Source: an uncultured Muribaculaceae bacterium (GTDB taxonomy: Bacteria; Bacillota_I; Bacilli_A; RF39; UBA660). From it: a stretch of DNA of 64,000 nucleotides. Below the pieces are notes generated by a model. That model saw only the letters and a list, made by a program, of their open reading frames with translations, was not told the DNA's origin and did not search any database. Position 1 is the first letter of the stretch; each line of letters starts with the position of its first letter. The stretch spans positions 7,398-71,397 of the forward strand of contig CAZRJK010000005.1 in NCBI GenBank assembly GCA_964600615.1, in the 5' to 3' direction. Shown here in pieces: positions 8,921 to 18,463 of the stretch. The position numbers were made by a program, and so were the translations under genes.

Positions 8921-11014
8921 TACAATCTCATATGCTTCAATTATATCTTTTTCTTTTATATCATTAAAGCTCTCAATAGTAATACCACATTCAATACCAC
9001 TCTTAACTTCTTTTACTTGATCTTTCTCACGCGCTATAGTATTAATATTACCATCATACACTACTACACCATCTCTTATTATTCTAGCCTTAGCATCTCT
9101 CTTAATAATACCAGCAATAACCATAGAACCAGCAATAGTACCTACCTTAGAAAATTTAAATAACTTTCTAACTTCTGCACTACCAATTATTTTTTCTTCA
9201 TACTCTGGATCTAATTTACCCTTCATAGCTTGTTCCATTTCTTCAACTAATTTATAAATGATATTATATAACCTAATATCTACTTCTCTTTCTTTAGCAT
9301 AATCCATAATCTTATTATCAGGTCTTACATTAAATCCAATAATAATAGCATCACTAGCTTTAGCTAAAACAACATCAGACTCACTAATAGCACCAATACT
9401 ACTTCTAATAACATTAATTTTAATACCATCAACATCCAACTTTAATAATGAATTCTTAACAGCTTCTTCACTACCCTTAACATCTGCTTTCAAAATTACA
9501 TTAATTTCTTTAGAACCAGCATTTATTCTATCAAACAAATCATCCAAACTAACAGAATGATTTACATTCTTATTAGCTTCTTTATATTTTAGCAATCTAT
9601 TAGCCGCTATACTTTTAGCCTTTTTTTCTGTATCAAATACCATAAATTTATCTCCAGCACTTGGACTATCAGATAAACCAGTAATACTAACAGGAGTACT
9701 AGGACCAGCTTCAACTAAAGACTCCATCTTATCATTCTTTAAAGTCCTAACCTTACCAGCATAATTTCCAACAACAATGGCATCTCCCAATCTTAATGTA
9801 CCATTTTGAATAAGCAATGTACAACTAACACCAGATCCTTTATCTACCTTAGACTCTATAACAGTCCCAGAAGCATATCTGTTAGGATTTGCCTTTAATT
9901 CACACATCTCACTAACAAGTAAAATTCTCTCTAACAAATCATCTATACCCATACCAGTTTTAGCAGAAATATTAACAAACATAACATCTCCACCCCACTC
10001 TTCAGGCATAATACCAGCTTCTGCCATCTCCGTAAGAACTCTCTCAGCATTGGCCCCAGGTTTATCCATTTTATTAACAGCAACAATAATAGGTACTCCA
10101 GCAGCCTTAGCATGATCTATAGCTTCTTTAGTCTGAGGCATAACCCCATCATCAGCAGCTACTATAATAATAACAATATCAGTAATAGATGCACCTCTAG
10201 CTCTCATCTCTGTAAATGCAGCATGACCAGGAGTATCTATAAATGTTAATTTTTTATCATTATATTTAATTTGATAAGCACCAATAGCTTGTGTAATACC
10301 ACCAGCTTCACCTTCTACTACATTAGTCTTTCTAATAGTATCAAGCAAAGTAGTTTTACCATGATCAACATGCCCCATAATTGTAACAACAGGAGGTCTT
10401 TCCACTAATTCATCATCATTATCAACAATTTCTAACTCCTCAAAATTAGCTTCATCAACAACTTCTTCTCTCTTTATATTCTTATTGTAATCCATAGCAA
10501 TAATAGAAGCTGTATCAAAATCAATAGATTGATTTAAATTCATCATCATTCCCATAGACATAAGCTTCTTTATTATTTCAGAAACAGAAACACCAATACC
10601 ATTAGCAAAATCAGATACACTCATACCATCATGATATATAACATCATCATCACTAATTAAAACCTCATTAGATTTAAGCTTATCCTTATGCTTATACATT
10701 TCTTTTCTTTTCTTTTTAAAATCATTATCATCATCTAAAGAAACATCAACATTTTTTTTCTTCTTATTATTATTCTTAACTGGTTTACTAACCAACTCTA
10801 ATTCCTCTTCATAAGAATCAACTTCATCATAAGTTTCTTCTACATCATCACTATTATAATCACCATTATCTATTTCATTATCAAGCATTATAATAGCTTC
10901 ATCATCTAGCATATCATCTCCACTACTTGCATTAATATCTAATCTCTTACACAAATCTAATATAGTACTAACACTTAAAGAAACATCCTCTGCATATTCC
11001 AAAACACTCATCAT
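8906..11014 (-). CDS. infB: Translation initiation factor IF-2
   Basis: G1 'GHVDHGKTTLLD', G3 'DTPGH', G4 'NKMD'. The track ORF starts at TTG 11029; ATG at 11014 is preferred because it follows the SD GGAGGTGA. Confidence 0.95.
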   Translation of the reverse strand: MMSVLEYAEDVSLSVSTILDLCKRLDINASSGDDMLDDEAIIMLDNEIDNGDYNSDDVEETYDEVDSYEEELELVSKPVKNNNKKKKNVDVSLDDDNDFKKKRKEMYKHKDKLKSNEVLISDDDVIYHDGMSVSDFANGIGVSVSEIIKKLMSMGMMMNLNQSIDFDTASIIAMDYNKNIKREEVVDEANFEELEIVDNDDELVERPPVVTIMGHVDHGKTTLLDTIRKTNVVEGEAGGITQAIGAYQIKYNDKKLTFIDTPGHAAFTEMRARGASITDIVIIIVAADDGVMPQTKEAIDHAKAAGVPIIVAVNKMDKPGANAERVLTEMAEAGIMPEEWGGDVMFVNISAKTGMGIDDLLERILLVSEMCELKANPNRYASGTVIESKVDKGSGVSCTLLIQNGTLRLGDAIVVGNYAGKVRTLKNDKMESLVEAGPSTPVSITGLSDSPSAGDKFMVFDTEKKAKSIAANRLLKYKEANKNVNHSVSLDDLFDRINAGSKEINVILKADVKGSEEAVKNSLLKLDVDGIKINVIRSSIGAISESDVVLAKASDAIIIGFNVRPDNKIMDYAKEREVDIRLYNIIYKLVEEMEQAMKGKLDPEYEEKIIGSAEVRKLFKFSKVGTIAGSMVIAGIIKRDAKARIIRDGVVVYDGNINTIAREKDQVKEVKSGIECGITIESFNDIKEKDIIEAYEIVEIKR

Positions 11015-11034
11015 GAGCATCACCTCCAATATTT

Positions 11035-11289
11035 TTATTTAATCATACTTACAAGCTCCTCATATATATTATCAGGAATTTCTATTCCTAATTTTTTATC
11101 TAATATTTTATTCTTTTTACACTTTTCAATAACTGCAATATCCTTCTTTAAATAAGCTCCTCTACCATTAGCTTTACCACTTAAATCAATAAATATTTCA
11201 TTATCTTTATTTTTTACTACTCTTATTAAATCCTTTTTCTCAAATTTTTCCATAGTCACAATACAACTACGCATTGGTATCTTCTTCAT
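11035..11289 (-). CDS. ylxR: YlxR/RnpM family RNA-binding protein (DUF448)
   Basis: 84 aa. 'PMRSCIVT...DLIRVV...GKANGRGAYL'. Sits between nusA and infB. Overlaps the nusA end by 23 nt. Confidence 0.85.
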   Translation of the reverse strand: MKKIPMRSCIVTMEKFEKKDLIRVVKNKDNEIFIDLSGKANGRGAYLKKDIAVIEKCKKNKILDKKLGIEIPDNIYEELVSMIK

Positions 11290-12391
11290 TATTATCTTCT
11301 ACCTCTTCAATTCTAACATCAGAGTATTTATTACGATATTCATTAATATCAACTTCTTCATCACATTTAACATCTATCTTAAATTTAGTTAATCTAGAAG
11401 CTAATTTAACATTAATACCCTTCTTACCAATAGCTAAAGATAAATTATCCTTATTTACAATAGCAATAGCTTCTTTCTTCTTAGGATTAGTAATAAATAC
11501 CTCTACTTCCTTAGCAGGAGCTAAAGCATTCTTAATAAATGTAATAGGATCTTTACTATATTCAATAACATCTATCTTTTCATTAGCAATTTGTTTTAAA
11601 ACTCTATTTATTCTACTACCAGATGGTCCAATTACACATCCAACAGCCATAACATTATCAACTTCACTATAAACAGCTATCTTACTCCTAATACCAGCTT
11701 CTCTTGCAACAGAATATAAAACAACAGTACCATCGTTAATCTCAGGTATCTCAGTTTCTAACAATCTCTTTAAGAAACCATAATGAGTTCTAGATAGCAA
11801 AATAAATACACCCTTATTACCAATCTCTAATTTAGTAACATAAGCCTTAATCTGACTACCCATCTCTAACTTTTCCCCAGGAATAACATCTTTCTTAGGA
11901 AGTAAAGCAAAAGTTTTTCCTAAATCAACATAATAAGTACTAGCATCTTCTCTAGATAAAGTACCAACAACCATTTCATCTTGCTTATCACCATACATAC
12001 TAGCTATTATTTCTTTTTCAGCTTCCTTTACTCTTTGAACAACAACTTGTTTAGCCGTACCAGCAGCAACTCTACCAAAATCAGTCATCTCCACAGGTTT
12101 TTCAATAGTTTCACCAATCTCTATATCAGGAACTTCTTCCTTAGCTAAAGATAAAGAGATTTGACTCTTAGGATCTAAATAATTTTCATCTTCTACAACT
12201 GTTCTAACAGAAAATAATTTAATTTCTCCAGTATCAGGATTAACTTCACACCTAGCAGCTCCACCTTTTTTCTTATATGCAGCCGCCATAGCTTGTTCCA
12301 TAGCCTCTATAATAATATTCTTATCTATACCTTTCTCAGCAACAATCGCATCAACTGCTGTCATAAATTCTTTCATTTGTTTCTTATTCAT
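11267..12391 (-). CDS. nusA: Transcription termination/antitermination factor NusA
   Basis: 374 aa. N-terminus 'EFMTAVDAIVAEKGIDKNIIIEAMEQAMAAAYKK', followed by an S1-like then KH-like region 'IGPSGSRINRV...AIGKKGINVKLAS'. Sits in rimP-nusA-ylxR-infB order. Confidence 0.95.
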   Translation of the reverse strand: MNKKQMKEFMTAVDAIVAEKGIDKNIIIEAMEQAMAAAYKKKGGAARCEVNPDTGEIKLFSVRTVVEDENYLDPKSQISLSLAKEEVPDIEIGETIEKPVEMTDFGRVAAGTAKQVVVQRVKEAEKEIIASMYGDKQDEMVVGTLSREDASTYYVDLGKTFALLPKKDVIPGEKLEMGSQIKAYVTKLEIGNKGVFILLSRTHYGFLKRLLETEIPEINDGTVVLYSVAREAGIRSKIAVYSEVDNVMAVGCVIGPSGSRINRVLKQIANEKIDVIEYSKDPITFIKNALAPAKEVEVFITNPKKKEAIAIVNKDNLSLAIGKKGINVKLASRLTKFKIDVKCDEEVDINEYRNKYSDVRIEEVEDNNEEDTNA

Positions 12392-12393
12392 TT

Positions 12394-12642
12394 TTATTCA
12401 CCTTTCTCCTTTGAAGATATATCTAATATATAACTATCAGAAATAATATCATGCTTATCAAGAATCTCATTAACAACCTTAGTAACATCTACTACTGTAT
12501 CAATATCAATAATCTTATCTCTATCAATAATAATTCTTAAAAAATAATTATTACCTTCCTTAATATATTCAATACTATCAATAAGTATTCCCATATCATT
12601 AACTGGTTTCTCAATCAAATTCTTAACTTTCTCTTCTATCAT
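12394..12642 (-). CDS. rimP: Ribosome maturation factor RimP, N-terminal domain only (82 aa)
   Basis: Lies immediately upstream of nusA. 'YFLRIIIDRD...ISDSYILDISS' resembles the RimP N-domain ('Y.LEVSSPG' region). The ORF stops 2 nt before the nusA ATG, and its last codons (AAGGAGAAAGGTGA) form the nusA SD. Confidence 0.65.
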   Translation of the reverse strand: MIEEKVKNLIEKPVNDMGILIDSIEYIKEGNNYFLRIIIDRDKIIDIDTVVDVTKVVNEILDKHDIISDSYILDISSKEKGE

Positions 12643-12663
12643 AAATCCTCCTAATTAATATTA

Positions 12664-12690
12664 AAAAGTGGACTTCATAAGGCCACTTTT
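12664..12690 (-). promoter_or_regulatory. Terminator-like hairpin in the rimP-nusA-infB leader (candidate attenuator)
   Basis: Minus strand reads AAAAGTGG, an 11-nt loop, CCACTTTT, then TAAT. It lies about 20 nt upstream of the rimP SD. The stem is weak and is followed by a U-run. Confidence 0.4.
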
Positions 12691-12723
12691 CTCTCAAGAC
12701 ATGCATATTATATCATTATAACA

Positions 12724-12750
12724 ACAAAAAAACAAGACAAATCTTGTTTT
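12724..12750 (-). terminator. Rho-independent terminator after pgsA
   Basis: Inverted repeat aacaaga (12731-12737) / tcttgtt (12742-12748), flanked by A/T runs on both sides. Confidence 0.65.
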
Positions 12751-13344
12751 TTATTTAGTTTCTATATATTCACTTGCCATAGTATAATACTTAAATCCAC
12801 TAATTAATGCAAATACAGCAGATATAATTAATAATACATCACTAACTCTAATACCTATAAGTTCAAAAGGTAAATTATAGAACAAAGCAAAAGTTAAACC
12901 AACCATCAAAGTAGCAGTCTTACACTTAGCAGTATAAATAGCTGCTACAGCATGTCCTTTATTACCAACAATCATCTTCATAGAATCAACAGCAAAATCC
13001 CTAACAATAATTATAACTGCCACAGTTGTACTAACCATTCCTTGACTAGCTAAAATAATTAATAAAGAATTAGTAAGCATTTTATCACTAATAGCATCAA
13101 CCATCTTACCAAAATCAGTAACCATATTATACTTTCTAGCAACACGACCATCAAAAAAATCAGTTAAAGATGCTATTATAAACAAGACACCAGCTATAAT
13201 GTATTTAAGTTCAACATAAACTTTACCAGCAACCATAAAACTAGGCAAATTCATATTCAAACTCTCAAAAGGAAATAATAATAGTATCATTATAACAATC
13301 GCCAAAACAACCCTAGATAACGTAATCTTATTCGCTAAATTCAT
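12751..13344 (-). CDS. pgsA: CDP-diacylglycerol--glycerol-3-phosphate 3-phosphatidyltransferase
   Basis: 197 aa. CDP-alcohol phosphatidyltransferase motif 'DFFDGRVARKYNMVTDFGKMVDAISDK'. Multi-TM. rodZ lies upstream, as in Bacillus. Confidence 0.9.
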   Translation of the reverse strand: MNLANKITLSRVVLAIVIMILLLFPFESLNMNLPSFMVAGKVYVELKYIIAGVLFIIASLTDFFDGRVARKYNMVTDFGKMVDAISDKMLTNSLLIILASQGMVSTTVAVIIIVRDFAVDSMKMIVGNKGHAVAAIYTAKCKTATLMVGLTFALFYNLPFELIGIRVSDVLLIISAVFALISGFKYYTMASEYIETK

Positions 13345-13825
13345 TTTTCTCTCCCATCCTATAACTTATTTTACTACTTACAAAATCATCATTACCACCT
13401 TTATTTCTAGCAAGCAAATATACACCCACTAAAATTATAACTATAATTATAAAAGCAATAATAATAATTTTTCTTCTCTTTTTATCCTTATTTGTCAAAG
13501 TATATGGAGATAAAATCTTCATATTCTTTTCACTTTCTTCTTTTTCTTTTTTAGCTTTCTCAATATCCTCTAAAGAAATCTTCGAAGTCTCTTCAAATAA
13601 ATATTCATTAAAAGAATCAAGCATTTCTTCACCATCAAGTCCTAAATACTTAGCATAATCTCTAATAAACAATTTCAAAGATAAAACATCCTTAAAATCA
13701 TCTTTTCGTCCTTCTTCAATACTCTCTAATTGACTAACACGCATTTTAAGATCTTCAGCAGCTTCTTCTAGACTAACACCGTTATCCTCTCTTTTTTGCT
13801 TTAATCTTAATCCTATTTCTTTCAT
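13328..13825 (-). CDS. rodZ: RodZ-like cytoskeleton-associated protein (XRE-type HTH plus one TM)
   Basis: 165 aa. HTH 'IGLRLKQKREDNGVSLEEAAEDLKMRVSQLESIEEG', TM 'IIIIAFIIIVIILVGVYLL'. Position upstream of pgsA matches ymfM/rodZ in B. subtilis. Confidence 0.7.
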   Translation of the reverse strand: MKEIGLRLKQKREDNGVSLEEAAEDLKMRVSQLESIEEGRKDDFKDVLSLKLFIRDYAKYLGLDGEEMLDSFNEYLFEETSKISLEDIEKAKKEKEESEKNMKILSPYTLTNKDKKRRKIIIIAFIIIVIILVGVYLLARNKGGNDDFVSSKISYRMGEKNEFSE

Positions 13826-13844
13826 ATTATCTCCTTAACAAAAC

Positions 13845-14200
13845 AATAATTAATCTTATAAGCCACGTTCTGTACCTAAAAGGCGGTAAACATTTATCTA
13901 TAGTTTAACTATCCATTCAGAAATTCTTATTATCCCTTCATGATTCCTCTACCATAATTTGAGTTTCTTGCTTGTGGGGTTTACCTCGTTTCACCATTTA
14001 TATTTCTATAAATTCTCGTCACTGTGGCACTTTTATACTAATTAATTCATAGCAATGCCTTAGAATTAATTAAAGCCGTAAGCAAAGCTTCCTTAGGTTA
14101 TTTATTCCCTAAGCACAAACACTACTATCATCACAGATAGTGCAAGCGTGGACTTTCCTCTATATATATAAATATACAGCGTTTACCCAGATCAATTATT
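13845..14200 (-). ncRNA. rnpB: RNase P RNA, type B (Firmicute type)
   Basis: The minus strand contains the universally conserved 'GAGGAAAGUCCACGC' (14146-14160) and 'ACAGAACGUGGCUUA' (about 13859-13875). It also has the type-B blocks 'GUGCCACAGUGACGA', 'GGUAAACCCCACAAGCAAGAAACUCAAAUUAUGGUAGAGGAA'. I paired a 12-bp P1 by hand: 5' AAUAAUUGAUCU (14200-14189) with 3' AGAUUAAUUAUU (13856-13845). It lies next to gpsB, as in B. subtilis. Confidence 0.9.
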
Positions 14201-14521
14201 CTCTTTACCTAAAATAATCTTCTCCAATTGACTTACTCTACGTATTAAATCAACATTACTAACTTCCTTAGAAGAAGAAAACTTCAATGCTTCCATATTA
14301 GACTTAAGATCTCTAATTTCCTCTTTTAAACTCTCATTTTCCATCGACAATTTATTATTCATAGTAGCTATCTCTTTTATAATACCATTAAACTCATTGT
14401 AATCTTTAATTATAATATCAAGATATTTATCAACTTCCTGCAAATTGTAACCTCTAGCATCAATCTTAAAATCCTTCTCTAAAATCTCTTGACCACTTAA
14501 AGTTATTCTATCATGATACAT
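14192..14521 (-). CDS. gpsB: Cell-cycle protein GpsB (DivIVA-domain)
   Basis: 109 aa. 'LSGQEILEKDFKIDARGYNLQEVDKYLDIIIKDYNEF' is the DivIVA/GpsB N-domain, followed by a coiled coil. Adjacent to rnpB. Confidence 0.85.
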   Translation of the reverse strand: MYHDRITLSGQEILEKDFKIDARGYNLQEVDKYLDIIIKDYNEFNGIIKEIATMNNKLSMENESLKEEIRDLKSNMEALKFSSSKEVSNVDLIRRVSQLEKIILGKENN

Positions 14522-14621
14522 ACTAGACCACCTCTATAATAATATTTTAATTTATTTATAACTATTTGTCAATTAATAATAAGAATTTAAAAAAGCTAAC
14601 AAACATAATACCATAAAATCA

Positions 14622-15452
14622 CTAATTAGTCAATTTTTGACATTTATCACAATAATAAGTTCCCCTTCCACCAACCTTAGTTTTAAGTATTATACTGCCA
14701 CATTTTGGACATTTTTTACCTTCCTTAGTATGAACATTTAATTCTTGTTGAAACAAGCCATGAACACCATCTACACTACTATAACTCCTAATAGTAGTTC
14801 CACCCTTCTTTATCGCACCTTCTAACTCATTTCTAGTATTCTTAATAATACTGTCCATTTCTTTATCACTTAAATCCATAGCTTTTTTCATCGGATTAAT
14901 ACCAGATAAAAACAATATCTCATCAGCATAAATATTACCAATACCAACAATAATACTTTGATCTAAAAGTACACTTTTAATAGGCAGTCTCTTCTTACTA
15001 TATTTATCACGTAGATAATTAACATTAAGCTTCTTATCCCATGGATCTAATCCCAAATCAACTAAAGGACCAACAACATCTATCTTATCCTTAGATATTA
15101 AATGCATCTTACCAAATTTTCTAACATCCATATACCTAAGTTCCATACCATTATCTAATATAAATACTACATGTTCATGCTTATTTAATTCATCTACCTT
15201 ATTCTTGATAAAGTATTTTCCTTCCATTCTTAAATGAGATAATAAATAATAATCATCTAAAACAAAAATTAACCATTTACCATATCTATCAATATCATTA
15301 ATTCTTTGCCCTTTTATATTAGTACAAAACTCTTTTACACTAGGATATTCTATAATACCATCATAATAAATTTCAACAGAACTAATAATTCTATTTCTAA
15401 CTTTTAACCTTAAACTCTGTCTAACAGTCTCTACTTCAGGTAATTCTGGCAT
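14622..15452 (-). CDS. mutM: Formamidopyrimidine-DNA glycosylase
   Basis: 276 aa. 'MPELPEVETV' N-terminus and a C-terminal zinc finger 'CPKCGS...YYCDKCQ'. Downstream of polA, as in Bacillus. Confidence 0.95.
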   Translation of the reverse strand: MPELPEVETVRQSLRLKVRNRIISSVEIYYDGIIEYPSVKEFCTNIKGQRINDIDRYGKWLIFVLDDYYLLSHLRMEGKYFIKNKVDELNKHEHVVFILDNGMELRYMDVRKFGKMHLISKDKIDVVGPLVDLGLDPWDKKLNVNYLRDKYSKKRLPIKSVLLDQSIIVGIGNIYADEILFLSGINPMKKAMDLSDKEMDSIIKNTRNELEGAIKKGGTTIRSYSSVDGVHGLFQQELNVHTKEGKKCPKCGSIILKTKVGGRGTYYCDKCQKLTN

Positions 15453-15463
15453 AATATCACTTC

Positions 15464-18019
15464 CTACTTAGCTTCATATAAATCTTTACCAATAGATATT
15501 TCAACTTCTAAAGGAACACTCAATTTATATATTTTCTCCATAATATCCTTTACAATCTTCTTAACTTCTTCTAATTCATCATTACAAACATTAAATATAA
15601 GTTCATCATGTATTTGTAACAACATCTTACTCTTTAACTTCTTCTTTATAAATTCTTTATCAATCTTAATCATAGCCATCTTCAATATATCAGCACTACT
15701 ACCCTGTATAGGAGTATTTAAAGCCATTCTTTCACCCATACTCCTAATATTATAATTAGTATTCTTAAGCTCATTAATAACTCTTCTTCTACCAGTAATA
15801 GTCTTAACATATCCTAGTTCATAAGCCCTTTTTATTTCTTCATCCATATAATTCTTAATACCAGGATAAGTCTTAAAATAATTATCTATAAATTCCCTTG
15901 CTTCCTTAGGACTAATACCTAAATCTTGAGATAAACCATAACTTGATATACCATATATAATACCAAAATTAACAGCCTTTGCCCCTCTTCTCATATCCTT
16001 AGTAACATTATCCATATCTACATGATATATCAAAGAAGCAGTATGCGTATGAATATCAAAATTATTTAAAAAAGCTTCTTTCATACTATCAATATTAGCT
16101 AAATGAGCAAACACCCTAAGTTCTATTTGCGAATAATCACTACTTAAAATAACACTATCCTCATCACTAACAAAACTCTTTCTAATTAACCTACCATATT
16201 CATTTCTAATAGGAATATTCTGTAAATTAGGTTCTATAGAAGATAACCTACCAGTCCTAGTTAAAGCTTGTGTATAAATAGTATGTATCTTACCATCATC
16301 CATAATATTAGCTTTAAGCCCTTCTATATATGTAGTATATAACTTATTTAACATTCTATATTCAAGTATTAACCCAATAATAGGATAACCTCTTAACTTA
16401 GATAAAGTTGCCTCATCTGTAGCATAATTACCACTTTTACCCTTCTTACCATGAGGCATCTCTAATTTATTAAATAATATATCCCCTAATTGTTTAGGAC
16501 TAGCTATATTAAACTCACACCCAGCCAAATCATATATACTCTTACTAACATCATTAATTCTAGATTGAATATCTTCACCCATTTTATCCAATATCTTACT
16601 ATCACATCTAATACCTTCATATTCCATTCTACCAAGAACAAAAGACAAAGGCATTTCTATATCGTTATATATATTCAATACCCCACTATGTTTCATTTCA
16701 TCCATTAACTTATCTTTTATCTCATATATAAACTTAGCCTTCATTACACATCTCTTTGCTCTATCTTCCAAAGACAAATCCTCTTTCTTATCATAAAAAG
16801 GAATATCTACTCCCATATCATGAGCAACATAGGCAATATCATCATTAACATTATAATTTAACAAATAACAAGAAAGCATAATATCATCACTAATATTACT
16901 TAATTCTATTCCTAATTTCTTAAAACTAACATATAATCTTTTAGCATCATAAGTATAAATATTTCCTTTAATATTAGATAAATCAAAATTATTCCTCAAA
17001 TAAATATTATTATTCTTATTATATATACCAATACCTAAAATATTTCCCTTATGATAATTAGTATTATCCATATCCATATAAATTGAAACATCATCATTAA
17101 TCTTTAAATTACCAATATCACTAACAATATTTACCTTAATATCTTCATTATTACTAACAACATCAACCTTCTTAATAAAAGAATAAAACTCTAATTCATT
17201 ATATAAATCAATCAATTTCTTACTAGTACTATTATTATACTTAATATCAACAAAATCTATATCAATAGGTACTTCTTTATATATAGTAGCAATCTCTTTG
17301 CTCATAAAAGCACTATCTCTACCATCTCTAAGTTTGTTACCAATAGTACCTTTAACATCATCAATATGCTCATATAAATTTTCTATAGTATCATATTCTT
17401 GTAATAATTTTAAAGCCGTCTTCTCTCCAATCCCCTTAACACCAGGAATATTATCAGAAGAATCACCCATTAAACCCTTTAAATCAATCATTCTAATAGG
17501 TTCTATACCATAAGTACTAACAAAAGTATCATGATTCATCATTATATAATCCTTACTCTTTAACAATTTAACAGATACATCATCACTAATTAGTTGCAAT
17601 AAATCCTTATCACTACTAACAATTAATCCATCATAATTAGAATCCTCATCAATCATTCTAGAAAAAGTCCCAATAATATCATCAGCCTCATAACCAGGAA
17701 CTTCTAAATATTTAATCCCCATAGCAGTAAGTATTTCCTTAGCAACAGGAAATTGCATTTTTAATTCATCAGGAGTTTCAATCCTACCATCTTTATAACT
17801 ATCATACTTATCATGCCTAAAAGTCTTTCCTACATCAAAAGCCACCAAAATATACTTAGGATTTTCTTCACTAATAATCTTATTTATCATATTAACAAAA
17901 CCATACAAACCATTAGTAGGAAAACCCTTACTATTTCTCATAATATTACCACTATAAGCAGTAGCATAATAACTTCTAAACAATAAATTATTACCATCAA
18001 CTAATATAACCTTTTCCAT
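15464..18019 (-). CDS. polA: DNA polymerase I
   Basis: 851 aa. 5'-nuclease region 'LVDGNNLLFRSYYA', 'GDSSDNIPGVKGIGEKTA'. Pol motifs 'DYSQIELRV', 'RRGAKAVNFGIIYG', 'QIHDELIF'. Confidence 0.95.
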   Translation of the reverse strand: MEKVILVDGNNLLFRSYYATAYSGNIMRNSKGFPTNGLYGFVNMINKIISEENPKYILVAFDVGKTFRHDKYDSYKDGRIETPDELKMQFPVAKEILTAMGIKYLEVPGYEADDIIGTFSRMIDEDSNYDGLIVSSDKDLLQLISDDVSVKLLKSKDYIMMNHDTFVSTYGIEPIRMIDLKGLMGDSSDNIPGVKGIGEKTALKLLQEYDTIENLYEHIDDVKGTIGNKLRDGRDSAFMSKEIATIYKEVPIDIDFVDIKYNNSTSKKLIDLYNELEFYSFIKKVDVVSNNEDIKVNIVSDIGNLKINDDVSIYMDMDNTNYHKGNILGIGIYNKNNNIYLRNNFDLSNIKGNIYTYDAKRLYVSFKKLGIELSNISDDIMLSCYLLNYNVNDDIAYVAHDMGVDIPFYDKKEDLSLEDRAKRCVMKAKFIYEIKDKLMDEMKHSGVLNIYNDIEMPLSFVLGRMEYEGIRCDSKILDKMGEDIQSRINDVSKSIYDLAGCEFNIASPKQLGDILFNKLEMPHGKKGKSGNYATDEATLSKLRGYPIIGLILEYRMLNKLYTTYIEGLKANIMDDGKIHTIYTQALTRTGRLSSIEPNLQNIPIRNEYGRLIRKSFVSDEDSVILSSDYSQIELRVFAHLANIDSMKEAFLNNFDIHTHTASLIYHVDMDNVTKDMRRGAKAVNFGIIYGISSYGLSQDLGISPKEAREFIDNYFKTYPGIKNYMDEEIKRAYELGYVKTITGRRRVINELKNTNYNIRSMGERMALNTPIQGSSADILKMAMIKIDKEFIKKKLKSKMLLQIHDELIFNVCNDELEEVKKIVKDIMEKIYKLSVPLEVEISIGKDLYEAK

Positions 18020-18084
18020 ACCATCACCTAAAACAATTATAACATAATAATAAAACTATTAATAATAATAAATAATAAAATAAC

Positions 18085-18112
18085 AAAAAAAGAGCTTTAA
18101 AAGCTCTTTTAT
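18085..18112 (-). terminator. Rho-independent terminator after the 105-aa membrane protein gene
   Basis: Inverted repeat aaagagctt (18089-18097) / aagctcttt (18101-18109) with flanking A/T runs. Confidence 0.7.
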
Positions 18113-18117
18113 TCATA

Positions 18118-18435
18118 TTAATCTTTCGCCTTTTGTTGTTCCCAACAATCATCCCAACTAATACCATCAGTAGCATTAGCAGGAAGTAACTTCCACACAA
18201 AAGTAACAAGAGTAGCAACTAAAAATACTGCTACAGCATAAACAACTCTTCTAAAGAAAATCTTTTGTGCTGCCTTCATTTCATCTTCCTTACCAGCAAT
18301 AACTGCTTTAGCTAAATCCAAAGTACCAAAAATAATTAATAAAACTGGAACTACCCACTTAATTAAGTTTACTATTCTAAAAGCAATATAAAGAACATCC
18401 CCTAAATCAGTACAATAATCTACTAAAAAAAACAT
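18118..18435 (-). CDS. Small two-TM hairpin membrane protein (unknown function; topology like VirB2-type or pilin-like proteins)
   Basis: 105 aa. Two hydrophobic helices ('WVVPVLLIIFGTL', 'VVYAVAVFLVATLVTFVW') are separated by a charged loop 'AKAVIAGKEDEMKAAQKIFFRR'. Has its own promoter and terminator. SD GAGGAGGAAAG. Confidence 0.5.
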   Translation of the reverse strand: MFFLVDYCTDLGDVLYIAFRIVNLIKWVVPVLLIIFGTLDLAKAVIAGKEDEMKAAQKIFFRRVVYAVAVFLVATLVTFVWKLLPANATDGISWDDCWEQQKAKD

Positions 18436-18463
18436 ATTCTTTCCTCCTCACATCTATAAATAA

